Source: Geopsychrobacteraceae bacterium
Lineage (GTDB): Bacteria > Desulfobacterota > Desulfuromonadia > Desulfuromonadales > Geopsychrobacteraceae
DNA length: 64,000 nt
Reading direction: 5' to 3'
Assembly: GCA_963662315.1 (NCBI GenBank)
Contig: OY759353.1
Location: 704,001-768,000, forward strand
How positions within the stretch are numbered: the stretch's first letter is position 1; each line of letters opens with the position of its first letter. A program made the translations under genes and the position numbers. The notes under the pieces were generated by a model. The model saw only the letters and a program-made list of their open reading frames with translations, had not been told where the DNA came from and searched no databases. Positions 46,232 to 56,925 of the stretch are shown here, one piece after another.

Positions 46232-46827
46232 TGTTTCTGACACCAATTTCTAATCGCTTTTAATTCACCGTAAGTCAGATTGGGCCTGAGTAGCTGGCTG
46301 GCGTGCTCACGATAAGCCGCCACTTCAGGGAAACGACCAGTCAAACTGGTTAATTCCCGTTTCGCTGGACAGTCTTCATGAACCGGTTTGAGATCTTCCA
46401 GGTGAGTGATGACCTGCTTAACTTTGCAGCCCAGGTTTGCTCCGATGAGAACGATTGAGCTTCCTGCACATGCTGCGACAGCGCTGGCGTATACGGGTTG
46501 TTTCATCCACCAGACCAACAACAGCAGATCAATCAAAATAACCCCAATGGCTGTTACACCGATTGATGCTTTATCCGAAATGCTGAGTGGCTTGTGTACC
46601 GAATTGGCTAACGCTATGGCACATGCAGAAGGAAAAATAACAGCGGCGAGGGTGGCTCGGCCTGACAATAGGTCAAAGTAATAAAGCCCGCCGAATAACA
46701 GACCATGAAGCAGGTCAGACAGACAACTATAGATCAGTTGCTGTTTTTTTTCTGCTTTGAGCTTTTGCTGCACATCCTTTAATTCAAAAGCCGTTGGCGG
46801 CTCGCATTGGTCATCGAAGTAAAACAT
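46219..46827 (-). CDS. Hypothetical membrane protein (about 4 TM)
   Basis: AGGAGG RBS and four hydrophobic segments; no family recognised. Confidence 0.7.
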   Translation of the reverse strand: MFYFDDQCEPPTAFELKDVQQKLKAEKKQQLIYSCLSDLLHGLLFGGLYYFDLLSGRATLAAVIFPSACAIALANSVHKPLSISDKASIGVTAIGVILIDLLLLVWWMKQPVYASAVAACAGSSIVLIGANLGCKVKQVITHLEDLKPVHEDCPAKRELTSLTGRFPEVAAYREHASQLLRPNLTYGELKAIRNWCQKHSAD

Positions 46828-46869
46828 CTTCCTCCTGACCTTTCATGGCATAACAGTATACTAACGACA

Positions 46870-47166
46870 TTATTTGCCGGGCAGAACGATTTGGGGTTCT
46901 TCAGCCTGGCGGTATAGTAAAAAAGTGCGGCCTAAGATTTGGGCAATCTGTGCGCCAGTGCTATCAGCCAGCTGTTGGGCCACCTCTTTGCGGTCACCAA
47001 GACACCCTTCCTGCAGTCTGACTTTAATCAGTTCGTGGCTATCTAAAGCTTCTTCCGTTGCGGCAATAACAGCCGGATTGACTTCTTCTTTGCCAATCAT
47101 AACGACCGGGTTAAGGTGATGACCTAGCCCACGTAAAAAGCGTACCTGTTTACCTGTAAGTTTCAT
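46870..47166 (-). CDS. yhbY: Ribosome assembly RNA-binding protein YhbY
   Basis: LTGKQ.RFLR..GHHL.PVV.IGK, HELIKV and GRT..LYR. Confidence 0.94.
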   Translation of the reverse strand: MKLTGKQVRFLRGLGHHLNPVVMIGKEEVNPAVIAATEEALDSHELIKVRLQEGCLGDRKEVAQQLADSTGAQIAQILGRTFLLYRQAEEPQIVLPGK

Positions 47167-47178
47167 TAGTGCTCCAAT

Positions 47179-47505
47179 TTAGGGTAAAATAACGCCTGCC
47201 AGCCAATAAAGCAACATGCCAATGAAGACTGTTCCCCCAAGGCTGCGGGTTTTTATAGCAAATAGTAATGTTGGAATTGCAACGAGCAGTTCCGGTTTGC
47301 CGAACTCCAGCGTTCGTGATGTCGTATCCGTGAACAATGCAGGCGCCAGCAACGCACTTAATATAGCGACCGGAATCAAGCTTAGCCAGTCTGTCAGCCA
47401 CTGTGGCAGTTGTTTGTGTGCCAGATAGATAAGAGGCAAGGCTCTGGGAAGATAGGTGACCAGCCCCATACCTAAAAAAAGGTACAGGTAAGAGCCAAAT
47501 GTCAT
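47179..47505 (-). CDS. azlD: AzlD family membrane protein
   Basis: MGLVTYLPRALP and IPVAILSAL. Start moved to ATG 47505, overlapping the azlC stop. Confidence 0.85.
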   Translation of the reverse strand: MTFGSYLYLFLGMGLVTYLPRALPLIYLAHKQLPQWLTDWLSLIPVAILSALLAPALFTDTTSRTLEFGKPELLVAIPTLLFAIKTRSLGGTVFIGMLLYWLAGVILP

Positions 47506-48194
47506 TTTAGCCTCCAGTATCTTCTCTGGATAACATAACCAAGGGTTGCCGATATCACAGCGGCGCCGACAATATATGAATCTCCCGGAATCAGCAAGTA
47601 CCAAATTCCGGAAATGGACAGACTCAGAATGGCGGTAACGATATGAATACGGCTGTGAACCTGTAAGACCAGCAGGCAAATGAACATTGCGTATAAAGCA
47701 TAATCGATTCCAAATGCCCCTTTGGGGATAAATTGACCGATCAATGTTCCTGATACGGTAGATAAGATCCAAACAAAGTTGGCGACATGATTGACAGCTA
47801 ATGCTTGAAAGCGATTCCAGGTGCCACCTTTAAAAAGAGCCATATTGACAGCAAAGCTTTCATCAGTAATACCGTAAGCAAACAGGGCTAAAAATTTTCG
47901 ATTAACATTGGCAAGGTGAACCGCAAGGGCTGAACTCATGAGGGTATGCCGAAAATTTACAACAAAAGTGGTCAGGATAATTGCCAGCGGTGAGGCGGCA
48001 CTAACCAGCATAGACACGCAAATAAACTGAGAGCTTCCGGCAAAAATAATAACGGACATCATGGCGACTGCCCACCAGGGAATTCCAGCCTGCTGAGCTA
48101 ATACTCCAAGGGCCAGACCGATAGGAAAATAGCCAAGACAGATAGGCCAGGCTGCTATTGCTCCAGTCTTTAAATTGTGGGTTGGATTGCGCAT
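47502..48194 (-). CDS. azlC: AzlC family branched-chain amino acid exporter
   Basis: PICLGYFPIG.A.G, MS...FAGSSQF, N.RH.LMS and ITDESFA. Confidence 0.9.
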   Translation of the reverse strand: MRNPTHNLKTGAIAAWPICLGYFPIGLALGVLAQQAGIPWWAVAMMSVIIFAGSSQFICVSMLVSAASPLAIILTTFVVNFRHTLMSSALAVHLANVNRKFLALFAYGITDESFAVNMALFKGGTWNRFQALAVNHVANFVWILSTVSGTLIGQFIPKGAFGIDYALYAMFICLLVLQVHSRIHIVTAILSLSISGIWYLLIPGDSYIVGAAVISATLGYVIQRRYWRLK

Positions 48195-48292
48195 GGTACC
48201 CCGGAACGAAAAAATTAATCTGAGTAGTGGATAAACGAAAAGGGCACTATTATATGCCAGTGCCCTTGTAGGTTTCGCGCTGTGACTTTACA

Positions 48293-49027
48293 TCAAAGCA
48301 CCTGTTTTAGAAATGCTTGAGCTCTTTCTTCGCGCGGGTTGGTAAAGAAATGTTCTGGAGTGCCTTCTTCTACCAGTCGACCATGGTCCATGAAGAGGAC
48401 GCGGTCAGCAACTTCTCGGGCAAAACCCATTTCATGGGTGACCACCACCATGGTCATCCCTTCACGCGCAAGCTGTTTCATAACTTCCAGAACTTCACCA
48501 ACCATTTCCGGATCAAGGGCACTTGTCGGTTCATCAAAAAGCATGATCTGAGGATCCATGGCCAGCGCTCTGGCTATAGCGACACGTTGTTGCTGCCCGC
48601 CGGAAAGGCGAATGGGGTATTCTTTTTCTTTTTCTGCGATTCCTACCTTTTTTAGGAGTTCTCTCCCTTTGGCTTCGGCTTCACTGCGGGTTCGTTTACG
48701 GACAACCCTCTGGGCCAGGACAAGGTTTTCCAGTACTGTTTTATGGGGAAACAGGTTGAACTGCTGAAAGACCATGCCAACCTCGCGACGCACTTTATTC
48801 AGGTCGGTTTTGCGATCAGCCAGGTCGACACCATTAATATGAATGTGCCCTGAGGTGAAGGTTTCAAGACCATTCAGGCAGCGTAGGTAGGTGGATTTCC
48901 CAGATCCTGACGGACCGATGATAACAACCACTTCTCCCGACTTAATGTGGGCGGAAACGCCATCAACCGCGTGAACTGTCTGGCCCCGACCGATAAAGGT
49001 TTTTTTTAAATCAACTGTTTTAATCAC
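48293..49027 (-). CDS. Polar amino acid ABC transporter ATP-binding protein
   Basis: [35 protein letters not shown] and [11 protein letters not shown]. Start set to GTG 49027. Confidence 0.94.
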   Translation of the reverse strand: MIKTVDLKKTFIGRGQTVHAVDGVSAHIKSGEVVVIIGPSGSGKSTYLRCLNGLETFTSGHIHINGVDLADRKTDLNKVRREVGMVFQQFNLFPHKTVLENLVLAQRVVRKRTRSEAEAKGRELLKKVGIAEKEKEYPIRLSGGQQQRVAIARALAMDPQIMLFDEPTSALDPEMVGEVLEVMKQLAREGMTMVVVTHEMGFAREVADRVLFMDHGRLVEEGTPEHFFTNPREERAQAFLKQVL

Positions 49028-49979
49028 TGACTGCAAGCCTCCGTTCAACCCAGGCAATAACTTGCGACAGGGATAAGGTTAGAATGAGATACAGTAGGGC
49101 AACAACAAACCAGATCTCAAAGGTAGCAAAGGTGGAAGTGATAACTTCGCGACCACTTTTGGTTAAATCGGTGATGGCAATGACTGATACCAGAGACGAA
49201 TCTTTGATCAGGCTGATAAACTGACCGGCCAGCGGGGGCAGGGTCCGTTTAAAGGCCTGGGGCAGGATAATGTGAATCATGGCTTGCGGAACGTTCATTC
49301 CCAGCGACCGGGCTGCTTCCATCTGCCCTTTGGGGATAGACTGGATTCCGGCTCTGATGATTTCGGCGACATAGGCACCGGCAAAAACAGCAAGCGCACT
49401 GATCCCTGCAACAGTACGGCTGATATCGAGAACCGTACCGAGGAAAAAATAGAAAATAAAAATCTGCACCAAAAGCGGCGTGCCACGAATCAGTTCTATA
49501 TAAAGAATAGACAGCTGGCGCAGTGTGATATTGCTTGAAACCCGACACAGTCCAGTCACCAAGCCAATAATCAGACCGACGATACTCGCGGCAGCGGACA
49601 ACCACAATGTTGTCAATAGACCGAGTACCAACGGGCCTGCTTTCCATATGAAGGTTGAACCGATGGCATCACCTTCAAACAGATCATCATACTCGCTGAC
49701 TTTAATAGTCTGTGGCTTAACGACGAAGTCTTTTACTTCGTCATTTTCACTGCGAACGGTAACCGTGGCTTTATCATTTGTAACGGAAATTTTTTCGACG
49801 CGGCCATCAAATGGAACCGTTGTGATTTTTTCCTGATGGTAAACGAAATACTGAGGAACTCGATTCCAGCGCCAAGTGTAGTCAATCTTTTTTGTGGCAG
49901 CCCAGAGACCTCCAGCAAGACCGATAAGGATCAGGAGCGTCAATAATCTCCAGAGCAGATTGTTATATTCTCTTTTCAC
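49020..49979 (-). CDS. Polar amino acid ABC transporter permease with an extra periplasmic insert
   Basis: [26 protein letters not shown] and IKDSSL. Start set to GTG 49979. Confidence 0.92.
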   Translation of the reverse strand: MKREYNNLLWRLLTLLILIGLAGGLWAATKKIDYTWRWNRVPQYFVYHQEKITTVPFDGRVEKISVTNDKATVTVRSENDEVKDFVVKPQTIKVSEYDDLFEGDAIGSTFIWKAGPLVLGLLTTLWLSAAASIVGLIIGLVTGLCRVSSNITLRQLSILYIELIRGTPLLVQIFIFYFFLGTVLDISRTVAGISALAVFAGAYVAEIIRAGIQSIPKGQMEAARSLGMNVPQAMIHIILPQAFKRTLPPLAGQFISLIKDSSLVSVIAITDLTKSGREVITSTFATFEIWFVVALLYLILTLSLSQVIAWVERRLAVSD

Positions 49980-50040
49980 CTGAAGGGGCTTTCTCTTGTT
50001 GGGGTTTGAAGATTCTTTGTCAAGCTTGCAGAAAATCAGA

Positions 50041-50076
50041 CGGGCTGCATTGATCAATGCTGATCAATGCAGCCCG
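50041..50076. repeat. 16 bp perfect inverted repeat between the binding-protein and permease genes
   Basis: CGGGCTGCATTGATCA-atgc-TGATCAATGCAGCCCG. Confidence 0.85.
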
Positions 50077-50090
50077 CAATGGTTAAGAAA

Positions 50091-50894
50091 TTAGTGTTGA
50101 ACCTGCTTTAGCCATTCGTCGCTGAGGAACCATTTTTTATAAATTTTGTCATAGGTTCCGTCATTCTTGATCTGGTTTAAGAAATTGTTGAGCCAGTTGA
50201 CAAGGTCAGCGTTACCACGGCGAACGGCCCAACCTACTGGTTCATAGGTGAATGGTTCGTTCAAAAAAACAAGGCTGCCATTGTTCTTTTCTGCATTAGC
50301 AATAGACATGAAGGGCAGGTCGTAAACAAAGGCATCCACTTTGCCGTTGATCAGATCCATAACCCCTTCCTGCTCTGTTTCAAAGGAGACGTATTTTGCT
50401 TTTGGGATCAAGCGTTTGACAGCCTGCTCACCGGTAGTGCCGAGTTTGGATGCAATGGTGAATTTAGGATTGTTGAGATCTTTGTAGGACTTAACTTCGT
50501 TAGCAAATTCTTTTTTAAGAAGAATGGATTGGCCAACTACAAGAGGGGGGTTGGCAAAATTAACCTGTAAATTTCTTTCTTGAGTCAAGGTCATACCGCT
50601 CATTATTATATCGTATTTTTTAGTAAGCAGGCCTGGAATGATTCCGTCCCAGGCGGTGCTGACCAGTTCAAGTTTTACATTCATTGCCTTCGCTATACGT
50701 TTGGCCATGTCGACGTCGAAACCAATAATTTCACCGCGTTGATTGGTCATTTCAAATGGCATATAGCCAGGTTCTAGGCCAACTCTGAGGCTGCCTCTTT
50801 CAAGAATATCATCAAGAGTGTCTGCACTTGCAACGCCAGAAAATGTCAGCGCAAGAACGAACAATAATGCAAATACGGATTTAACAAGTTTCAT
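50091..50894 (-). CDS. Polar amino acid ABC transporter substrate-binding protein
   Basis: Signal peptide, then Y.PFE, GFDVD, WDGIIPGL, SGMTLT.ER and GTTGE. Confidence 0.93.
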   Translation of the reverse strand: MKLVKSVFALLFVLALTFSGVASADTLDDILERGSLRVGLEPGYMPFEMTNQRGEIIGFDVDMAKRIAKAMNVKLELVSTAWDGIIPGLLTKKYDIIMSGMTLTQERNLQVNFANPPLVVGQSILLKKEFANEVKSYKDLNNPKFTIASKLGTTGEQAVKRLIPKAKYVSFETEQEGVMDLINGKVDAFVYDLPFMSIANAEKNNGSLVFLNEPFTYEPVGWAVRRGNADLVNWLNNFLNQIKNDGTYDKIYKKWFLSDEWLKQVQH

Positions 50895-50966
50895 TGCATG
50901 GTCCTCCATCAGTAGTTAAGTTGGCTTTGAGTTGTGTCGAAAAATATCTGTCGACGGTTAATACTT

Positions 50967-51131
50967 TCAGTAAGATTTACCTTCATCAAGAAGTTCTGAT
51001 ATTAACATTTGGACTTGGCATTTAGGGCAGAGGGGTAGATCTTCTACGGGAATATATATAATCTCTGTGACGCGACAAATTGGACAGATTACCTCTATGG
51101 GTTCATTTTTTGAACGATCTGTATGGTCCAT
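50967..51131 (-). CDS. Small zinc-ribbon-like protein (54 aa)
   Basis: CPIC-x15-CPKC and C-terminal ELLDEGKSY. Start uncertain. Confidence 0.65.
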   Translation of the reverse strand: MDHTDRSKNEPIEVICPICRVTEIIYIPVEDLPLCPKCQVQMLISELLDEGKSY

Positions 51132-51406
51132 AAAATTCCTAGTCATGAACTGAAATGTGGCAGATGCCAAATTTTCCTTATAGCATAAGGTGGTAGGCTG
51201 AACAAGGGTAGAGTCCCTGTGTGGATAAAAAATCAGCATTCATTTTCCTCGAATGAAGAACGTTCATGAAGCAGTACGAAAGGCGACATGGCTTTGTCGT
51301 GTTTTGCCTGTGATATTTGCTTTCCTTTATTCTTTACAAATGAAAACGATCGGGACTATTATTGGCGGTTAAAAATTCAACTTGCAAAGGTGTGAAGTCG
51401 AGATTT

Positions 51407-53206
51407 ATGAATCAGAAAAATATCCGAAATTTTTCAATTATTGCTCATATTGACCATGGTAAGTCCACGTTGGCCGACCGTCTTCTTGAAAAGACAGGCG
51501 CATTGAGTGAGCGCGAACGTTCTGATCAGTACCTGGATAAAATGGAGCTTGAAAGAGAACGCGGTATCACCATTAAATCTCAGGCTGTGCGCCTGCCTTA
51601 TAAAGCCTCTGATGGTCAGGACTATATTCTAAATCTTATTGATACCCCCGGGCATGTTGACTTTTCCTATGAGGTCAGCCGCTCTCTTTCTGCCTGCGAA
51701 GGAGCCATGCTGGTTGTTGATGCGGCTCAGGGGGTTGAAGCCCAGACACTGGCCAATGTGTACATGGCGATTGATCAGGATCTGGAAGTCTTTCCGGTAA
51801 TTAATAAAATAGATCTCCCAAGCGCTGAGCCTGAACGGATTAAAGCTGAAATTGAAGAGATTATTGGTCTGGATGCGAGTGATGCTATTTTAGCCAGTGC
51901 CAAAGCTGGCCTGGGGATTGATGAAATTCTCGAAGCTGTTGTCAAGAAGGTACCTGCGCCTGCCGGTGACCCTAATGCTCCGTTAAAAGCATTAACCTTC
52001 GATTCCTGGTACGATTCATATCAAGGGGTTGTGGTGCTTACACGGGTGGTTGATGGAACCGTCAAAAAAGGAGATAAGATCAAATTGATGGCAACCAAAG
52101 GGGTCTATGAAGTACAGAAGGTTGGAGCTTTTTGTCCCCAACCTCTTGAACTGCCCCAATTGGCGGCTGGAGAAGTTGGTTTTCTGATCGCCGGGATCAA
52201 AGTTGTTGAGGATGCCAAAGTTGGTGATACCATTACCCATCTGCATGCTCCAGCCGAGGTGGCCCTGCCAGGGTATCAGGATGTTAAGCCGATGGTTTTT
52301 TCCGGGCTGTATCCCATTGATTCGGGCGATTATGACGCCCTGCGTGATGCCCTGGAAAAATTGCGCCTTAATGATGCGGCATTCTCTTTTGAGCCGGAAA
52401 ACTCCCTAGCCCTTGGTTTTGGGTTCCGTTGCGGTTTCCTGGGTCTTTTGCATATGGAGATTATCCAGGAGCGTCTGGAGCGTGAGTTTGATGTCGATCT
52501 GATTACCACTGCACCGACTGTTGTTTATCATGTGACGACGACCAAGGGTGAGCATCTTAAAGTTGAGAGCGCGAATATGCTCCCCGACGTTCAGAATATT
52601 CAGACGATTGAAGAGCCTTTTGTTGTGGCTTCAATCCATGTTCCCAATGAATATGTTGGTTCGGTGTTGAGTCTGTGTATTGAAAAACGAGGCGTCCAGC
52701 GGGAAATTAAATATCTCACGGCCAATCGTGTCATGGTTGTTTTTGAACTGCCGCTTAATGAAATAGTGCTCGACTTTTTTGACCGTTTGAAATCAATTAC
52801 GCGTGGTTACGCTTCTTTGGATTATGAACACCTTGATTTTAGACCCAGTCGTCTTGTGCGTCTTAATGTTCTTATCAACGGAGATGTTGTTGATGCTTTG
52901 TCGCTGATTGTTCACAACGACAAAGCACAATTCCGAGGTCGTGAGCTGGTCAGCAAAATGAAAGAATTTATCCCTCGTCAACAATACGAGGTTGCAATTC
53001 AGGCCGCTATTGGTAATAAGATTATTGCTCGATCAACTGTCAAGGCACTGCGTAAGGACGTTACCGCCAAATGTTATGGTGGAGACATAACACGTAAACG
53101 AAAACTGCTCGAGAAGCAGAAAGCCGGTAAAAAACGGATGAAACAGGTTGGCAGCGTTGAGCTGCCCCAAGATGCGTTTTTGGCCATACTTAAGGTTAAA
53201 GAGTAG
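51407..53206 (+). CDS. lepA: Elongation factor 4
   Basis: [31 protein letters not shown] and [10 protein letters not shown]. Confidence 0.98.
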   Translation: MNQKNIRNFSIIAHIDHGKSTLADRLLEKTGALSERERSDQYLDKMELERERGITIKSQAVRLPYKASDGQDYILNLIDTPGHVDFSYEVSRSLSACEGAMLVVDAAQGVEAQTLANVYMAIDQDLEVFPVINKIDLPSAEPERIKAEIEEIIGLDASDAILASAKAGLGIDEILEAVVKKVPAPAGDPNAPLKALTFDSWYDSYQGVVVLTRVVDGTVKKGDKIKLMATKGVYEVQKVGAFCPQPLELPQLAAGEVGFLIAGIKVVEDAKVGDTITHLHAPAEVALPGYQDVKPMVFSGLYPIDSGDYDALRDALEKLRLNDAAFSFEPENSLALGFGFRCGFLGLLHMEIIQERLEREFDVDLITTAPTVVYHVTTTKGEHLKVESANMLPDVQNIQTIEEPFVVASIHVPNEYVGSVLSLCIEKRGVQREIKYLTANRVMVVFELPLNEIVLDFFDRLKSITRGYASLDYEHLDFRPSRLVRLNVLINGDVVDALSLIVHNDKAQFRGRELVSKMKEFIPRQQYEVAIQAAIGNKIIARSTVKALRKDVTAKCYGGDITRKRKLLEKQKAGKKRMKQVGSVELPQDAFLAILKVKE

Positions 53207-53210
53207 ACAA

Positions 53211-53876
53211 ATGGGAATTTTTACGAAGAAAAAATCGCTAAAAACCAAGAAGCCCTGGTATCGTGAATGGTCTGAAGCTCTCATTGTGGCAGTTGTTCTT
53301 GCCCTGATTATCCGTACCTTTCTGTTTCAGGCCTTTAAGATTCCTTCTGGATCGATGTTGGATACTCTGTTGATCGGTGATCATCTGCTGGTTAATAAAT
53401 TTATCTTCGGGACCCAGATCCCTCTTGTTGATGGGCGTCATCTGACCATCCGACATCCTGAGCGAGGCGATGTTATTGTCTTTGAATTTCCTGAAGATGC
53501 CGGCAAGTCTTACTTTGACAGGCGTGATTTTATCAAGCGGGTCATCGGAACTCCAGGTGACGTCATCGAGGTAAAAAATAAAAAGGTTTATGTCAATGGC
53601 GAGCTTTATGATATCCCCCAGGAACAACATAAAGATAACGATTTGCTGCCGGCAATTGCCAGTCCGCGGGATTTCTTTGGCCCGATAAAGGTTCCGGAAC
53701 ATAACTATTTTGTTATGGGAGATAATCGAGATTATTCCTATGACAGCCGTTTCTGGGGTTTTGTGAACGAAACCAAGATCAAGGGCCTGGCGTTTATTAA
53801 GTACTGGTCGTGGGATAGCGAGGGGGATTTGTTGCATAAGATTCGCTTTGATCGTATCGGTCGTCTCATCGAATAA
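53211..53876 (+). CDS. lepB: Signal peptidase I
   Basis: IPSGSM..TL..GD, FIKRVIG and MGDNRD.S.DSRFWG. Confidence 0.96.
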   Translation: MGIFTKKKSLKTKKPWYREWSEALIVAVVLALIIRTFLFQAFKIPSGSMLDTLLIGDHLLVNKFIFGTQIPLVDGRHLTIRHPERGDVIVFEFPEDAGKSYFDRRDFIKRVIGTPGDVIEVKNKKVYVNGELYDIPQEQHKDNDLLPAIASPRDFFGPIKVPEHNYFVMGDNRDYSYDSRFWGFVNETKIKGLAFIKYWSWDSEGDLLHKIRFDRIGRLIE

Positions 53877-53904
53877 ATTTAAGATTCTGGCGACTAATCT
53901 GTAG

Positions 53905-53933
53905 TTGACTTCATGGTTCAGACTTGGTAGTCT
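53905..53933 (+). promoter_or_regulatory. Sigma-70 promoter of the pyr operon
   Basis: TTGACT-17 bp-TAGTCT with a TG extension, just upstream of the PyrR leader. Confidence 0.6.
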
Positions 53934-53951
53934 CCTTTAATTTTTGTTTAA

Positions 53952-54057
53952 CCCTTTAAATTGATCCGAGAGATCAACAAGGGAGAGAATACGTGTTAAT
54001 CCCGCAAAATAAATCTACCAACGACACCTGTGCATTCGTTTGCATAGGTGTTTTTTT
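53952..54057 (+). ncRNA. PyrR-binding attenuator leader
   Basis: CCCTTTAAA-TTGATCCGAGAGATCAA-CAAGGG resembles the PyrR binding loop. It is followed by the terminator ACACCTGTGCA-ttcgtt-TGCATAGGTGT and a T run (54024-54057), directly before pyrR. Confidence 0.85.
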
Positions 54058-54083
54058 ATGTCCGATTTTCAAAGGAGGCTTTT

Positions 54084-54620
54084 GTGGCTGCGGAAACAAT
54101 TGAAATCTTGGATGAGAAGGGAATCAGCAGGGCGTTGACGAGAATTGCTCATGAAATTCTGGAAAAGAATAAAGGCGTTGACGAGCTGGTCCTGATTGGT
54201 ATCCGGACCGGTGGCGCTTATCTTGCTGGTCTGCTGCAGAAAAAGCTTGCTGAAATTGAAGAGGTAGACATTCCTCTTGGTCTGATTGATGTCACCATGT
54301 ACCGAGACGATATCAAGTCACGGAATAACCTTGAGGTCGGACAGACCGATATCCGGTTTTCATTAAATGGCAAAAAGGTGATCCTGGTCGACGATGTACT
54401 GTTTACTGGCCGCACTATCCGCGCTGCACTCGATGCTTTGATGGATCTTGGTCGCCCCCAATCGATACAACTCGCTACTTTGATCGATCGTGGCCACCGC
54501 GAGTTACCGATTCGTCCTGATTATATCGGGAGGAATTTGCCAACAGCCCGCAATGAACAAATTAAAGTTAATTTCGATGAGCAGAAATATCCACGCTCTG
54601 TTCATCTGCTCAGACGCTGA
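54084..54620 (+). CDS. pyrR: Pyrimidine operon attenuation protein / UPRTase
   Basis: RIAHEILE, LVDDVLFTGRT.RAA and DRGHRELPIRPDY.G. Start GTG 54084 after AAGGAGG. Confidence 0.96.
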   Translation: MAAETIEILDEKGISRALTRIAHEILEKNKGVDELVLIGIRTGGAYLAGLLQKKLAEIEEVDIPLGLIDVTMYRDDIKSRNNLEVGQTDIRFSLNGKKVILVDDVLFTGRTIRAALDALMDLGRPQSIQLATLIDRGHRELPIRPDYIGRNLPTARNEQIKVNFDEQKYPRSVHLLRR

Positions 54621-54635
54621 TCCGGAGGTAGCTTA

Positions 54636-55571
54636 ATGTCTTTCAATCCAAAGCATATTCTTGGCATCAAGGGCCTTTCTGCTGAAAACCTGACTTTTAT
54701 TCTGGACACAGCAGAAAGTTTCAAAGAGATCAATACCCGTGAAATAAAAAAGGTTCCTACATTGCGGGGCAAGACCATTGTTAACCTGTTTTTCGAGGCA
54801 AGTACCAGAACACGCACGTCATTTGAAGTTGCCGGCAAGCGTCTTTCTGCTGACACGATTAATATCAGTGCGTCCTCTTCATCTGTTGTTAAAGGTGAAA
54901 CTCTGGAGGATACGGCCAAAAATATCGAAGCCATGCATCCTGACATCATCGTCATGCGGCATAGTGCTTCCGGTGCTTGCGAGTATCTTGCCGAACGTCT
55001 TGGTTGTTCCGTGGTTAATGCCGGGGACGGTACCCATGAACACCCCAGTCAGGCCCTGCTTGATGCTTTTACCATTCGTCAGCATAAAGGGAAAATTGCC
55101 GGGCTCACAGTGACCATTGCCGGAGATATCACCCATAGTCGCGTTGTGCGTTCCAATATTTACTGTCTGACGACCCTTGGCGCTACAGTTCGCATTGTTG
55201 GACCTAAAACCATGGTTCCCCCAGGTATTGAAAAGCTTGGCTGTGAGGTTTTTTACAATTTTGATGATGCCGTCATGGATGCGGACGTTGTTATGATGCT
55301 GCGCATTCAGCGTGAACGTCAGGGGAAAACCTTAATACCCTCAACGCGTGAATATGCCCGTTTTTTTGGTTTGAATGAGGCTCGCCTGCGATTGGCAAAG
55401 CCTGATGCAATTGTCATGCACCCAGGGCCGATTAATCGTGGCGTTGAATTGTCGTCCGCCGTTGCTGATGGCGAGCAGAACGTAATTCTTGATCAGGTTG
55501 AAAACGGGGTTGCCGTTCGCATGGCTCTGCTCTACCTGGTTTCAGGTGGCGAAAAACTTCAGGAAAACTGA
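54636..55571 (+). CDS. pyrB: Aspartate carbamoyltransferase catalytic subunit
   Basis: [18 protein letters not shown] and MHPGP.NRG. Confidence 0.97.
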   Translation: MSFNPKHILGIKGLSAENLTFILDTAESFKEINTREIKKVPTLRGKTIVNLFFEASTRTRTSFEVAGKRLSADTINISASSSSVVKGETLEDTAKNIEAMHPDIIVMRHSASGACEYLAERLGCSVVNAGDGTHEHPSQALLDAFTIRQHKGKIAGLTVTIAGDITHSRVVRSNIYCLTTLGATVRIVGPKTMVPPGIEKLGCEVFYNFDDAVMDADVVMMLRIQRERQGKTLIPSTREYARFFGLNEARLRLAKPDAIVMHPGPINRGVELSSAVADGEQNVILDQVENGVAVRMALLYLVSGGEKLQEN

Positions 55572-55591
55572 TTTCAGGGAGAGATGATAGA

Positions 55592-56869
55592 ATGAAAATT
55601 TTAATCAAAGCAGGGCGCGTCATTGATCCGGCAAACAATCTGGATGCGGTTCGGGATATCCTGATTGAAGATGGAGTGATTACCCAGGTTGCAGAAGCCG
55701 TTGCTGCCGACTGTGTTGAAATTATTGATGCAAAGGGTATGCTTGTGACTCCTGGGCTTGTTGATATTCATACCCACTTGCGTGATCCAGGACAGGAGTA
55801 TAAAGAGGATATTGTGTCTGGAACCCGTGCCGCCGCCGCTGGTGGAGTAACCTCGCTGGCGTGTATGCCGAATACCAGTCCTGTCAATGATAACCTTTCG
55901 GTAACCCAGTATATTATCAATAAGGCTCGTCAGGCAGGCTATGCAAACGTTTATCCTGTCGGCGCCATTAGTCACGGGATGAAAGGGGAGACCCTGGCTG
56001 AGATTGGTGAGCTGAAAGCAGGCGGTTGTGTTGCTTTTTCTGATGATGGGAAGCCGGTTCTTAGTGGTGAGTTGATGCGTCGGGCTCTTGAATACGCTGA
56101 CACCTTCGATGCCCCGATTATTGCTCACTGTGAAGCTTTGGACATTGTTAGCGATGGTTGTATGAATGAAGGTGAGGTTGCCACCGAGCTTGGGCTAAAG
56201 GGGATTCCCTGGGTGGCAGAAGATGCGGCCGTGGCTCGTGATGTGATGCTTGCAGAATTTACTGGCGCACGACTTCATGTTGCTCATGTCTCGACTAAAG
56301 GGAGTATTGAGCTTGTTCGTCAGGCAAAAAAACGTGGTGTCCGCGTGACTTGTGAGGCGACTCCACATCATTTTACTTTGTCAGAGGATGCCGTAAAAGG
56401 TTACAATACCAATGCGAAAATGAATCCGCCGTTACGTCACCAGTCCGATGTCGACGCGGTTTGCGCCGGCCTTGCTGATGGTACTATTGATGCAATTGCT
56501 ACGGATCATGCTCCTCACCACTATGATGAGAAAAATGTTGAGTTTCCCATCGCGTTAAACGGCATTATCGGGCTGGAAACATTGTTGCCCTTAACCCTGG
56601 AACTTGTCGCTAAAGGTGTTCTTACATTAAGCCAGGCAATAGCGTTGTTAACCTGTAAGCCTGCTGCAATTATCGGTATTGAACGTGGTTCCCTTGGTGT
56701 TGGAGCCGTTGCGGATATTGCCATTATCGATCCTGAGTTGGAATGGTCTCTCGACGTCAGTGCCTTGCAGTCTAAGAGTAAAAATACCCCGTTTGTCGGC
56801 TTTAATTTCAGAGGTTGTGCTGTACAAACTTTGCTTGCTGGGAAAACGGTATTCATAAAAGAAGCGTAA
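55592..56869 (+). CDS. pyrC: Dihydroorotase
   Basis: [21 protein letters not shown] and ATDHAPH. Confidence 0.96.
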   Translation: MKILIKAGRVIDPANNLDAVRDILIEDGVITQVAEAVAADCVEIIDAKGMLVTPGLVDIHTHLRDPGQEYKEDIVSGTRAAAAGGVTSLACMPNTSPVNDNLSVTQYIINKARQAGYANVYPVGAISHGMKGETLAEIGELKAGGCVAFSDDGKPVLSGELMRRALEYADTFDAPIIAHCEALDIVSDGCMNEGEVATELGLKGIPWVAEDAAVARDVMLAEFTGARLHVAHVSTKGSIELVRQAKKRGVRVTCEATPHHFTLSEDAVKGYNTNAKMNPPLRHQSDVDAVCAGLADGTIDAIATDHAPHHYDEKNVEFPIALNGIIGLETLLPLTLELVAKGVLTLSQAIALLTCKPAAIIGIERGSLGVGAVADIAIIDPELEWSLDVSALQSKSKNTPFVGFNFRGCAVQTLLAGKTVFIKEA

Positions 56870-56925
56870 ATATAGTAATTTGACGCTTATTTATTTAAGT
56901 TAATTCTTAAAAGATAGAGGTAATA

